DNA of 64,000 bases from Octopus sinensis (GCF_006345805.1 NC_043008.1:17360001-17424000); one strand, 5' to 3'. Shown: positions 25,741-38,522, numbered from the stretch's first letter. Numbers and translations: made by a program. Notes: generated by a model not told the origin, from the sequence alone.

Positions 25741-25902
25741 CTGCTAGAGTTTACTAACTCATATTTTATATATGTTATTATTATTATTATATTGCTAATA
25801 TTACTAAACTTGCCGTTATATTAATCCTAGCTGGGGTGCAACCACATAAGGCCTACCACAAAATTTCACTTCCATTCATGCACATATATATATACATATA
25901 TA

Positions 25903-25938
<36 letters not shown>

Positions 25939-26590
25939 CGTGTGTGTGTGTGTGTTGTGTGTGTACATATAAATGGAGGGACAGAAGAGTGAGAGAGAGA
26001 AATAGATAGAGAGAGAGAGAGAGAGAAAAAGAAACAGATATAGATAGAGAAAATATGCCTGGATGTGTGTATCATTCTATGTATGTATGTATGTATGTGT
26101 ATATTACGCGGAATCGCGTGCTAAAAGAAACACTAATGATAAACATAATAAACTCTGGCAAAATGCGCTAAATTTTCCAAGATGATTAGTCTCCAATGTC
26201 TCTGAATTGGATTTTTATGCTTAACATATTAACTATAATTGCCCTACTTAACTATTGTTTATTCAGACAGATGGCGTCTCCAAGTAATTTATCTCAGTAT
26301 GCTATTATCCAAATATGTTTATGCAGTACTTAGCAAATTCTTTTCATTTTATATTCTATAGGCGTCAAAAATCACAATATGGTATACAGTTATGTACGTA
26401 GCGATGTATGTGTACGAATGTATATACACGTGTAGGTATGTAAGTATAAATACGCACACACACGCACACACACAAACAAGTAAACAAACACACATAAATA
26501 CACACACACATATATATTCTCATATCTGTGTTTATATATATTATTGGATGTATATATATATATACATATATATGTATATATATATATAAT

Positions 26591-26724
<134 letters not shown>

Positions 26725-26736
26725 CCATAATACGTG

Positions 26737-26791
<55 letters not shown>

Positions 26792-27368
26792 ATATATATA
26801 TTATATATATATACGTGTATATATGTATGGATGGATTTATGCACGAGTATATATGTGGTGTGATTCTGCGTATGCCGTTGCCCGGGACGTTAGCACTGTC
26901 TACATATGTTTATCTTAATTAAACGCGTAGAAAAATATTTTGAAATTAAACGAAATATGTGCGATGCGTTGGTGGTCATACAACAAAGTAGCGAAATAAC
27001 AGGAAATTGATATCTGTTTGAAACAAAGTGAAGATTGATATCACTAGGTGTAAATTGTGATGAATATCTGTCTTCGTTGTTTTTCTTTTTTTTTTCTAAT
27101 AGTTATTAGTACATTACACACACTGAATGCTACAACGTATTATGTTCTTACACCACATAATATCGGGCACACAGACAGTCACATACACACACAAACATAC
27201 ACTCATACAAATATATGTATGCGTGTATCTATATATTTATAGACGCAGGCATGGAGGTGCAGTGAAGAAGCTCGATTAACAACCCTGTTATACCACTGCC
27301 CAATTCCTGAAATAATGTTTTTGGGGAAATTTGGTAGACAAAAATTGTAATTCCGTCACCGCGTGTGT

Positions 27369-27542
27369 ACCGTTGGCGATTTTTTTTTTCTCCGTCTTCC
27401 CATCTTTGGATCTTTTCTTTTCCTATGTTCCTGACGAAGAGCTCCGCTTGAAATGTTAAATCCTTCTTTCCTTCTTTCCTGAGCGTCCAATAATACTACA
27501 CGCGTTATGTTTTCTCTTTGTGTTTTAATGTTTGGATTAACT
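27369..27542 (+). mobile_element. Penelope-like/retrozyme-like element end with a minimal hammerhead motif
   Basis: CTGACGA-agagctccgctt-GAAA-tgtt at 27431-27457; ends tttggattaact before a TA-rich tract; second copy at 40523. Confidence 0.6.
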
Positions 27543-27602
27543 TAACATACATATACATAAATACATATATATAAATACATATATGTATGTATATATATAT
27601 AT

Positions 27603-27634
<32 letters not shown>

Positions 27635-27739
27635 TATATATATTTATTTATTTATATATTATTTATATTTTATATATATATATACATGTATGTCATATTT
27701 CCGTTTGTTGTGTTTTCATTTAGTCCTGAAAAATATACA

Positions 27740-27780
<41 letters not shown>

Positions 27781-28260
27781 CACACATTCACACATATGTG
27801 TGTGTCCGTGTGTGTGTGTGTGTGTGTGTGCGTGTGTGTGTGCACACAGAGAGAGAGACAGAGAGAGTGAGAGAAGAAACAGACACTTGCATACATACAT
27901 GTATAGATACAAGTACACGTGTGTGAATACGTGCACATACGCATATGTTTGTGGGTAGTTTGCTTGTGTCTGAAAAATTTCGCTGCGATGTATTTCAGGT
28001 AAACACGAGTCACGGGATAATTACTGACATATCCCTTACCTCTAGAATCTGGTTTTGATACGTTTGCCAAAGCCACTTTCCAGAAAATGAAATTGAAGAT
28101 GTTATTGAAAATCACAAGAGGCGGAAATAAGCTTCATTCTGTCTCCAAAGAAAGCAAGAAAAAGTGGCTTGTAATTTATTGTATGATACCCAGGCCGAAC
28201 AGCCGAAGCGAAGTGCGACAACTGTTGTTGCAAAGAATGTAAAATTAACGGCAAAGAAAA

Positions 28261-28494
28261 AATCGTTTCAAATTTTGCCACAAAGCCAGCAGATTTGGCG
28301 TGGTGGGGGCGCCATAATAATAATAACAATAATAATAATAATACGGGCACAAAAGGCTGACATTCTTCGCGAGCCATTTTGTTCGGCCTGCTTAGAACGA
28401 TTCTGCTAGTTTGCCGTCTCATAAAATAATCCTTTATACTGAGAAGTGTAAATTCGTTCCGTTTTTAGATTCTATAATAATACATCTTCTTTTG
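28261..28494. repeat. ~233-bp direct repeat, copy 1 (copy 2 at 29468-29699)
   Basis: Near-identical sequence made of SINE-B tail and head fragments plus (TAA)n. Confidence 0.93.
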
Positions 28495-28496
28495 GT

Positions 28497-29165
28497 AAGG
28501 GAAAGGGAATAGAAATTTCAGAAAGGTAAATATATGGTCCATAGCAAACAAGCTTTTGTTGACCAGAAGCATACATGTCAGCGTCTATGAATCTCAGGAC
28601 AAAATACAGAGAACGAAAGCTTTATCTTAGCTGCTCAGAATCAAAGCTTATAGACTCAGAACTTCCTAGTCAATGTAATGATAGATCCAAACTGCTGATT
28701 TTGCAATGATGATTTGAAACAGTGGACCACTTAATCATTGGATGTAAATTTTTAGCCTCAGTAGAGAACAAATCAAAGGATGACATAGTTGGTCAATATT
28801 TACACTGGTTAATATGTTGGCATTATAAAAATCAAGACTCTAAACAAGTGGTAAAATCACCACCCTGAGACTTTAACTCAGAGGAAAATGCAACGATTAT
28901 TTGAGACTTTCCACTACATTCAGAGAGAACCATCAAATTTAATAAACCGGATATTGTTGGAAAAGACAAACATAATGAAGTCAGTTTATTGATCGACATG
29001 AGTATTCCTTGTGATTATAATATCTCGGCAAAAGAATTTGACAAGCTCAGAAAATATAGATTTACACTCTGAAATCGAAAAATATGTCTCATCTCAAGAT
29101 GCTTACAATATTTGGAAGAAGTGCAAAAGAAGGTTTTAACTGGAACGTCGCACGTATAATAAGAG
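28497..29165 (+). pseudogene. R4/Dong-like LINE 3' fragment (zinc knuckle plus RLE)
   Basis: ESFILAAQNQSL, C*FC...ETVDHLIIGC, NKPDIV...LLIDMSIPCD...KEFDKLRKY, VQKKVLTGTSH. Confidence 0.88.
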
Positions 29166-29467
29166 ATTGTCGTTAATTGCTCTTTTCATTTTCGTTTCTA
29201 TTTCCTTGTTAATTGCTATTTTCTTTTCTGTTTTTATCTTTTTTCTTTCTCTTTTCTCTCCTTTCCTATTCCTCTTTTTTTCTGTTGCTTAACTTGACGT
29301 ACGTTGCAAATGAACAATCTGAGGTGTTTATTTTAATGGTCTACCAATGAATACAACGAGTTTCTTTCCGGAGATGTCAGGAAGACACTCAGCAAGAAAT
29401 GGAAACAAAATTGAAAGATGAAAAATGCAACAACAAAAATAATAACAATGATAATGATAGTAATAAT

Positions 29468-29699
29468 AATCGTTTCAAATTTTGCCACAAAGCCAGCAGA
29501 TTTGGCGTGGTGGGGGGCGCCATAATAATAATAACAATAATAATAATACGGGCAGAAAAGGCTGGCATTCTTCGCGAGCCATTTTGTTCGGCCTGCTGAG
29601 AACGATTCTGCCAGTTTGCCGTCTCATAAAATAATCCTTTATACTGAGAAGTGTAAATTCGTTCCGTTTTTAGATTCTATAATAATACATCTTCTTTTG
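29468..29699. repeat. ~233-bp direct repeat, copy 2
   Basis: Matches 28261-28494. Confidence 0.93.
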
Positions 29700-30556
29700 T
29701 CACATACCTCTATCATGAAGAATTTAAGAATTTCATGTTCGCCAAGAAATTAATATCTTAGTAAAGAAGGCTGCAACTACGCTCCCTTCCGCAAAATTCA
29801 AACATACCCACTTATTCTTTTGCTAGGCTTATGTATTAGTGCAATAGTTGTTGTTGCTATCGTTAATGTTTCATAATGTCCTTTAAATTGTTCAAAATAC
29901 TGTTATTTTCTGTCATAAAATCATTATTTTTTATTACTGTAAAGTATATATATTTTGCTTAAAAACTAAATGTTTGATTTTTTCCCTATTTACTGTCCCT
30001 AAAAAAACGATTTTGTTTCTGTTCGTATCTCGTGTAGGTGGCTTTGCATTGCATAGCAACGATATTTACTTACGAGGAAAGGATTATATGTGTATATTTT
30101 TTGTTTTTCTTGCATTTTCTTCTTTGGGTTTTTTTTTTTTGTCACTTTGCAAATAAATCTTTTATCGCCAAACTGAAAAGAAAACACAAGTACTTAAATA
30201 CTGTTATGTAGAAGTCCACGCAAAAGAATATTTCTCCGCACAGTTTCACCTCATAAAAATGAGAATGCTGAGAGGGGAGCAAAATACGTAGGTCTGAGAT
30301 AGTACAAGGAATAGCGATGATGCTGATGACAATGTTGTCGTTGTTGCTGGTGTTGTTGATGAAGAAGAAGAACCGGAGGGATCTTTCACGAAGATCGCCT
30401 CTTTCCCATTCGTGATCCCTGTCGATTATACGAAATGAATTTAAGAGAAAATACATGTCATCTCTTGTTTATTTGAGGTAAATCCTTATGGCAAACACAA
30501 GAAGCAGCGGATTGCATAATGCAAATTGCAAGAATTATAACAATATTGGCAAGTCT

Positions 30557-30596
<40 letters not shown>

Positions 30597-30883
30597 AACC
30601 TTTAAATAGTATTAGAAGAACTCTAGATAGTGATGGGAATATAGTTTCATTAAAAGTAGGCGAAACGTACAATATATGAGAATACTCGAATGATACAAGA
30701 TTAAAAGTATAAAAATGAAGGAAGCCCTCGGTAAAGAAATATTTTGGATGAATAAAAATATTTTTTTAAAATTCAAATTAAATGCATAAAACAACGGAGA
30801 ATAATAAACGTAAGCGATGTATGACTTTTAAGTTATGGAACAGGAAATATCGAATAAAGAAATGACAAACTGAAGGGCGTCGA

Positions 30884-31708
30884 CAAGAATAGGAAGAAGT
30901 AGCACACAATACACAGAAATATGCATCTAATGTGAACAGGTAATGCTCCAAAATAGCAGGAGGAGGAAATGGTTAATGATTGTCGCAGAAGTGGTGGAAT
31001 TCGAGAAGCAATGCTTAGGTTCTGTGTTAGAATGAAATAAATTTCTCAGGTGATGATACATGAAGGTGTGTTTACAGAATATCTAGAACACAAAAGGAGA
31101 GAAGAATAAATGATGAAATTATGAAAAACGTTAAAAGGGTGAAATATTGGGTTGTCCGGAAAGTTCGTGCCGATTTATATCAGCTTACATTTCAACTTAT
31201 TTTAGAACATGTTTGAGCCCGTAAATTAAGATTTGTCTACACCTCCACTTAGGAGCACAGTTTAAGCTATCTTTTCGTGGAATAAGGTTTATGTTCCTAT
31301 AACCTGTGTTAATTTTGTAAACATTTAAAATGGAAGATAAGAAAGTTCATTTTCGGCACTTGATGCTTTGGGAACCAGACAAAAATTGCTGCAGCTCGGC
31401 TGGGATGTGTTACTCCGCCCTCCATATTCACCGGATATTGCTCCTTCGGATTTCCACTTATTCAGGTCTCTGCAGAATAGTCTTAATGGTAAAAATTTCA
31501 ATTCATTGAATGTCACATAAAGATACTTTGATGAATTCTTTGCCATGAATTATTCTTGGAAGAGGGTATTTTCAAGTTAATAGAAAGATGGATACTCATT
31601 GTGCAACAAAAGTGTTCATATTTGGTTGATTAAAGATATAATGGCAAGTATTTATCGACCTGTTTTATTCCTTTAAAAATCGGCACGCAATTTCCAGACA
31701 ACCCAATA
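30884..31708 (+). mobile_element. Second deleted mariner (31145-31708) with the same ~261-bp upstream flank
   Basis: Both TIRs with TA; same deletion junction atgctttgggaaccagacaaaaattgc; flank homologous to 9452-9714. Confidence 0.93.
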
Positions 31709-31739
31709 CATTACAAGGGAGAATCTCCGCTCATGCTTT

Positions 31740-32420
31740 TTAAAATCACGAACAAACAACTGGCTTCGTTTAAAAAGGTGCTGATAAAAGACCCCGACGA
31801 AGTGATATCGGCATCAAAGGGACAGCCTATGCGGAGGAATTAAAATAAAAGGACGATAGATTTGTAGAATTTTTCACCCAAATGTAGAACGTCCAATGAA
31901 TACGAAACTGTTGAACACATTGTATTAGAATGCTGAAAGTTTGCTCAGCATTCATACAGAAAGTGTAAACATGCTGAAATTGCAGCATTAAATAACCATA
32001 ATTTTTGCAAGAAATTTGGTTTTGCATGCGCTGAAAAAGCAACAACGACAAGGTTAAGTTGCATGGGACTTCCAAGCTGTAAATGAAATGTAGGACAAAA
32101 ATCAGATATTGTAGTCTTGGCAAGAAGATGAAATAATGTATCGTAATCGACATGGCATGCTCATCTGAAAACCAGAGCAGAACGAAAAGGAAATGAAAAA
32201 TAATTATCCTTTTTGACAGCTTTTAAGTATGAAAATATTCAGGTGCAGGATGAATGGAGTTAACTAGGTCATGATATTAGCGATTATTATTGGAGACTTG
32301 GGAACTGTGTTAAGATATTCTGACAAGAATTCTTGTAAATTTGACATTAATCTGTTTCCAAGTAGGAGTAGTGCAGAAAGTATGTTTACAATATACTAGT
32401 ATTATTGTTTCTTAATGCCT
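31740..32420 (+). pseudogene. Decayed R4/Dong-like LINE 3' fragment
   Basis: PKCR...ETVEHIVLEC, WDFQ, VIDMAC, IIIGDLGTV, VQKVCL. Confidence 0.75.
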
Positions 32421-32443
32421 TCCTTGTCCATAAGTATTGGATC

Positions 32444-32524
32444 AAGAAGAAGAAGAAGAAGAAGAAGAAGAAGAAGAAGAAGAAGAAGAAGAAGAAGAAG
32501 AAGAAGAAGAAGAAGAAGAAGAAA
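32444..32524. repeat. (GAA)n microsatellite
   Basis: Perfect GAA run. Confidence 0.98.
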
Positions 32525-32669
32525 ATTAGGAAGAATCTTTTGATTTTTCTCTCCGACAGTTTAATTCCATGTCCGTAATACCGGAGCTGTAACTTCGAAT
32601 TGTGGCTTGACATAGAGACTATCTGATCTCCAATTTAGACATACTATCAAGTATACTTACTACAAATTA

Positions 32670-33200
32670 TCCTTGAGAAGAATTCTCCTTAGGCCGCTTG
32701 TAATGGCGATCGTAATTGGTCATTACCATACATTCATGACCATAGAATGTGATAAGAGGGGACACCCAAATGAAGATGGCATGTTTGGCTCTTCTTAGTA
32801 TATCTCCGGTTCTGAAGATCAACTGCTGGGGCTGAAACGCTTCTTAGCATCTGGTCGAAATTCTAGCATTCAGTTCAGCCTCCTGTTTCCATTCACTCGT
32901 GGATACAGTACCTCAGTACTTAAACTCTCCACTAGCTACGATGATGTTCCGCTGTCAGGCAAAGTACACCAAGAAAACTTCCTTTCGGCGAAAAATTTCT
33001 GTTTTCGCAACATCAAATTTCAACCCTGCCTTGCAAAACTAGGCTGCGGATTCATTCAGTGCATGCTGCAGATCACCTGCACGTTAACCAAGTAGCGTCA
33101 TGTCGTCTGCATATAGTAAACGACCGATCCTACATCCAACGATTTTGATACCACTTTCAAACGGCTACGCATATCCATCCAGTTCATAACAGTCAAGATA
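32670..33200 (-). pseudogene. RTE-clade reverse transcriptase fragment
   Basis: GIKIVGCRIGRLLYADDMTLL...DLQHAL, EFKY*G, FYGHECMVMT. Confidence 0.82.
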
Positions 33201-34088
33201 AGAACATTATGATAACAAAAAGTACATCATACTAATTCTAATAACAAAATCACTTAAATACTAAAACCTAAATGGTTAAAGTCGTTCTATTGGAATTTAT
33301 CCGTCACGTGTTGCCTTGTCTGAGACAGAAGTCTCAGTAAGATTTCCATTGAATGTTCTTAGTCGGTTTAGTTTGTAATTTATCTCTTTTGTTAAAGGAA
33401 TACTTTATAAGCCAGAGGCTGTATTATACATTCTTTTCTGTTGTATGCATTTGAAAATTCCCCTATATAAATTCAAAGATGGTTTATTTATATATAGTAC
33501 ATAAATGTATCATACGTAGACAAGTCGTCTCGTAATTTTAAGTTTCCAGAAATGAATATCAATGCTTATTGTTAGGTGTGCAAGTAAATGAAATGTGCTA
33601 TCCAGAAATGCAAAAGGGGTACAGACTTATATCACAACGGTAGATTTATCACATTTTATATTGTTTTACTTATTAGAATTAATTTATATTAAGCTAATAT
33701 TTTAAAAAAATCCTTAAAAATATAAACGAAGATAGAAGACAGTTGGCAGGTGGATCTTATACTTTAGGTAAAATATTAATAATAATGTTTACGTGAAGTT
33801 GTTTTATTGAGAAATCGAGTAGACATACGAACATACATTTGTGTATTTCTCTGGGTATACAGGTGACATACAAATACGCATAAAGCACACAGGCACAGTC
33901 AAAGACATTCGCACACACAGACACACATACACACACAGATAAGCACATACATCAGGTACGTGTACATGCATACGGTACCCTACAATCATATTAATCACTG
34001 TACTTTTTTATGTAATCTCATTTTCGGATTTATCTGCCGGTGTAACTATCTATATATCTATTTATCTATCTATTTATATATCTGTCTG

Positions 34089-34139
<51 letters not shown>

Positions 34140-34189
34140 GTCTGTCGGTCTCTCTGTCTGTCTATTTATCTATCTATCTCTCTATCTAT

Positions 34190-34787
34190 CGTTTGTCTGT
34201 CCGTGTTTGTCCTCTCTGCGTTTAGCCCCTTGTGGGTAATAAAGAAATAGGTAGTTCGTCTGCCGTTACGTTCTGAATTCAAATTCCGCCGAGGTCGAAT
34301 TTGCCTTTCATCCTTTCGGGGTTGATTTAAAAAGTACCAGTTAATCACTGGGGTCGATATAATCGTATTAATCCGTTTGTCTGTCCTTGTTTGTCCCCTC
34401 TGCGTGTAGCCCCTTGTGGGTAGTAAAGACTTTGGTATTTCGTCTGCCGTTACGTTATGAGTTCAAATTTCGCCGAGGTCGACTTTGCCTTTCATCCTTT
34501 CGGGGTCGATTAAATAAGTACCAGTTACGCACTGGGGTCGATATAATCGACTTAATTCCTTTGTCTGTCTTTGTTTGTCCCCTATATGTTTAGCCCCCCG
34601 TGGGCAATAACGAAATAAATATTCGTCTACCGTTAAGTTCTGAATTCAAATTCCGCCGAGGTCCACTTTGCTTTTAATCCTTTCGGGGTCGATAAATTAA
34701 ATACCAGTTGCGTACTGAGGTCGATCTAATCGACTGGTGCCACCTCAGCAAAAAATTTGGGGCCTTGTGCGTAGAGTAGAAATGAAT
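34190..34787 (+). mobile_element. SINE family B head-less multimer (~184-bp period; B1-B1-B1-B2)
   Basis: Three tail/core junctions at ~34250, ~34434 and ~34618; the last unit ends in the ggccttgtgc.tagagtagaaa (B2) tail. Confidence 0.9.
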
Positions 34788-35378
34788 GTCTATCAATCTA
34801 TCTATGTATGCTCGTGTGCATGTATAACTGTTTTTCTGCTAGTAGCATTGTGACTAAGATGATATTTGCTTTACTAAACCGACAGATCACGAATGAAAAC
34901 CTCGGGGAATCCAACTCTACTTATAATCAATTATAGCACTCGAAAAGTTTAGAGGCCAGCCGAAATATTCCCACAATGAAAACGATAAGATCCAGAATTG
35001 ATAGTAATGAAAGAATTAAAAGTATCAATGACATCATTGATCGTATTGCTGTAGATTTTTGGCAGTTTCTATCCGTCCCTGATGAATATTGCGCAATAAT
35101 TCTAGTGCCACAGCTGACGCTGCTACTACTGCTGCTCTGCCGCTGCTACTGCTGCTGCTACTCCTACTGTTCCTATTGCTATGAAGTTGAATTTTCGAAT
35201 AATATCTTTATGATTCCTTTACTGATAAATAAATATCGAAATATATCCACTGGTAGCCGATTTAGTATTTTTCTAGCAAAGAATCAAAGCAACAATGTTT
35301 CGCATAATACCACAGAGTAATCATTTTATTTAAGGTCTGTACCCTTACTGCTCTGCTACATTAACAGAATACTTAGAT

Positions 35379-36138
35379 TTCTTTATTTTGGTCATAAGAT
35401 CTAATATAGGACAGTACAGGACAATACAAAACATTAGTAAAGAAATACTCAGCGAGCTTTTTTCAGTTGATTTTTCTTTTCACAAAAATATATTAAGTTA
35501 AAAATAGAGAATTTATATGAATAAAAATTTTGATTTCCTTACATTTTTTCTTGTTGATCTACTGTCCAACGGCTTTTTTTCCTTCTGGTAGATTAAGTAG
35601 GGACAGTCACTCCCAACTTCCTTACCACATCCTTCCATCTTTTCTCATATATACTTCTAGACAGGTGTCTACTTTCCAGTCCTATCTTGCTTTTCAGGTG
35701 ATACCTGAAGTAGTAAAGCATTCCAGGGCCAGAGATGAAGACCCCTAACTTCTTACCTTGTATTCTGGTTCTCCATGCACACTCTTTCATAACAGTGACT
35801 GTACACAGAAAACAGGCCTCACCTTCTTTGGGCAGTCCGGTGAGCGGTACATTCTTAATCACAGACTCAGCCGATATTCTTCCCAGATGTGACAACACGT
35901 GTTCTACGTAAATTGCCATCTCCGAAAGATGTTTACACTGTACAAGAGCATGCAGGATAGTTTCCTTCTCCTGTCCACCTCTTGGACATTCGGGTGGTAC
36001 TGCAATTCCATGCCTAGACAACCTATCGTGAACGGGTAATGCTTTCCTGAAACGCCGCCAGGTCAGGGAACTTCGGTAATTATCGAAATATCACCACCGG
36101 AAAGTGTTCTGAAACATGTTGGATAGCTGTTTCCCATG
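35379..36138 (-). mobile_element. 5'-truncated Tx1/L1-clade element with a 17-bp target-site duplication
   Basis: RKALPVHDRLSRHG...PECPRGG...ETILHALVQC zinc finger; flanked by taacagaatacttagat at 35362-35378 and 36139-36155. Confidence 0.88.
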
Positions 36139-36194
36139 TAACAGAATACTTAGATAGCACAGATAATATCAATCTCTAATACAATTAGTATATT

Positions 36195-36910
36195 TCATTG
36201 TTTACCTGTAAAAAGGTTTACGTAAAGGGGACGTTACAAGGGCAGACAAGGGACATATAGGGTACAAACACACTTCTTATATACAAGATGAAAAGACAGA
36301 TGGATTTACATCTGGGTTGGGAGATAAAAATATACGTGATGATTGGAAGGAATTTGGGTTCCGGTTGGTTATCCCTTTTGGTAATCTTTTTCCTTTCTTT
36401 TATGTTCCGACCGACCGTGCAAGCACAGACTGGAGCATTCTCATCTTTCTTACCACTGTCATCCAACTTTTTGCAAACGCTCTTTGCGGCAGGCTCCTCC
36501 TCTCCAAACGGATCTTGCTGGACAGATGGGCGGCAAAGTTATTCACCAGCCCACGTCCGGAGATGAATTGACCTGTCGCAATCCCTTTCGCTCGCGTCTT
36601 CCATACCACATCTTTCAGTATGGTTACTACGCAGAGAAAAGCTACCTTCTTTTCTTTGGTGAAAGAGGAAAGTCGTACAATATTTATCAGGGACTCGGAC
36701 GAGAGCCGTACTCTTTCCGCATCCGACAACAGCTGTTCTGCAAAGGCCAAAGACTCCCTCAATTCCTCACAGTGTACGAAGGCGTGCGTAACCTTTTCTC
36801 TGGCACGCCCGCACCTCGGAACGTGGGGGAGGTGTTAATACCATGCCTCTCTAATACAAGAAATAGCAGCCATTGTGGTAGTGAAATTCTAAACAGCATA
36901 CCTTTTATCA
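36195..36910 (-). mobile_element. Second Tx1/L1-clade 3' fragment (different subfamily)
   Basis: RHGINT...EKVTHAFVHC...VAFLCVVTILKDVVWKTR...KIRLERRSL, clearly homologous to the neighbouring element. Confidence 0.85.
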
Positions 36911-36925
36911 ATTGAAATGAAACAT

Positions 36926-37345
36926 AGGCGCAGGAGTGGCTGTGTGGTAAGTAAGTTGGTTATCAACCACATGGTACCGGGTTCAGTCCCACTGCGTGGC
37001 ACCTTGGGCAATTGTCTTCTACTCTAGCCTCGGGCCGACCAAAGCCTTGTGAGTGGATTTGGTAGACGGAAACTGAAAGAAGCCCGTCGTAAGAAAGAAT
37101 ATATATATGTGTGTGTGTGTGTGTTTGTGTGTCTGTGTTTGTCCACCCCAACATCGCTTGACAACCGATGCTGGTGTGTTTACGTCCCCGTAACGTAGCG
37201 GTTCGGCAAAAGAAACCGATAGAATAAGTACTGGGCTTACAAAGAATAAGTCCTGGGGTCGATTTGCTCGACTAAAAGGCGGTGCTTCAGCATGGCCAGA
37301 GTCAAATGACTAAAACAAGTAAAAGAGTAAAAGAGAGTAAAGAGT
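36926..37345 (+). mobile_element. SINE family A, full length
   Basis: aggcgcaggagtggctgtgtgg...gggttcagtccc...gaaagaagcccgtcgt...aaacaagtaaaagagtaaaagag. Confidence 0.95.
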
Positions 37346-37805
37346 ATATCCCCAATTACCAAGGCTGGCGCTGTTCAGGGAGATGAGGTAATAAGTATTA
37401 AATAAGTATTAAAGTATTTTTTTCTTTTTTGTATAGATAAACAACGGTTATCGTAACATTTCCCGGATGTGATAAATTGTTGCTACACGTGAAAGTATAT
37501 TAATGTACGCCTCATACGGTCATTACAGCCATTTATCGAGTGCATTAAGATATTTAACCAATTTGAATATTTTTAGCGTATTGAACATCTCAATTACGCA
37601 ACCAATAAAAACTTATAATTACAATTTATAAAACATAGAATCTACAAATTTAAATGCTCAACCGTTTATCTATTTCTTGTTGAACTAGAAAGTACACATC
37701 CAAATTACCCACTAACTTGTTAGAGATATCGGATATGAGCGTTGTTATATCAACTATATTTTGTAGTTTCAGTCTCCCAGAATATCTAGAGGAATATTAT
37801 TATTA

Positions 37806-37858
<53 letters not shown>

Positions 37859-37880
37859 TATTATTATTATTATATTAAAT

Positions 37881-38283
37881 AAGGCGGAAAGCTGGCAGAA
37901 TCGTTAGCACGCCGTGCGAAATGCGTAGCCGTATTTCGTCTGCCGTTACGTTCTGAGTTCAAATTTCGCCGAGGTCGACTTTGCCTTTCATCCTTTCGGA
38001 GTCGATTACATAAGTACCAGTTACGTACTGAGATCGATATAATCAACTTAATCCCCTTGCCTGTCCTTGTTTATCCTCTCTGTGTTTAGCCTCTTGTGGG
38101 TAGGAAAGAAATAGGTATTTTGTCTGCCGCTACGTTCTGAGTTCAAATTCCGCCGACGTCGACTGTGCGTATCAGCCTTTCGGGGTCGAAAAATTAAGTA
38201 CCAGTCAAGTATTGGGATGCATGTGAGCGATTGTCTCCCTCTCCACAAATATTCAGGCCTTGTATCTGTAGTTCAAACGATTA
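37881..38283 (+). mobile_element. SINE family B dimer (head-core-B1-core-B2) between (TTA)n tracts
   Basis: Junction aaagaaatag|gtatttt at 38114/38115. Confidence 0.9.
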
Positions 38284-38324
38284 TTATTATTATTATAGTT
38301 GTTTTTGGTGTTGTTATATTAATT

Positions 38325-38458
38325 AAGGTGGTCACCTGGCAGAATCGTTAGCACGCCGGACAAAATGCTTTGCGGCATTTCGTCTGACCTCACGTTCTGA
38401 GTTCAAATTCCGTCGAGGTCGTCTTTGCCTTTCAAACCCTAAAGGGATCGATAAAATA
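38325..38458 (+). mobile_element. SINE family B, 5' part
   Basis: ctggcagaatcgttagcacgccgg...gagttcaaattccg. Confidence 0.88.
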
Positions 38459-38459
38459 A

Positions 38460-38522
<63 letters not shown>

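Noticed and set aside
28261-29699. LTR retrotransposon interpretation of the direct repeats
   Set aside because: No TG...CA ends, PBS or PPT; the repeats are SINE debris and the interior is a non-LTR fragment.
35362-35378. Resemblance of the Tx1 TSD to U2 snRNA (Keno-type target)
   Set aside because: Only a loose ~10-nt similarity and no flanking U2 sequence.
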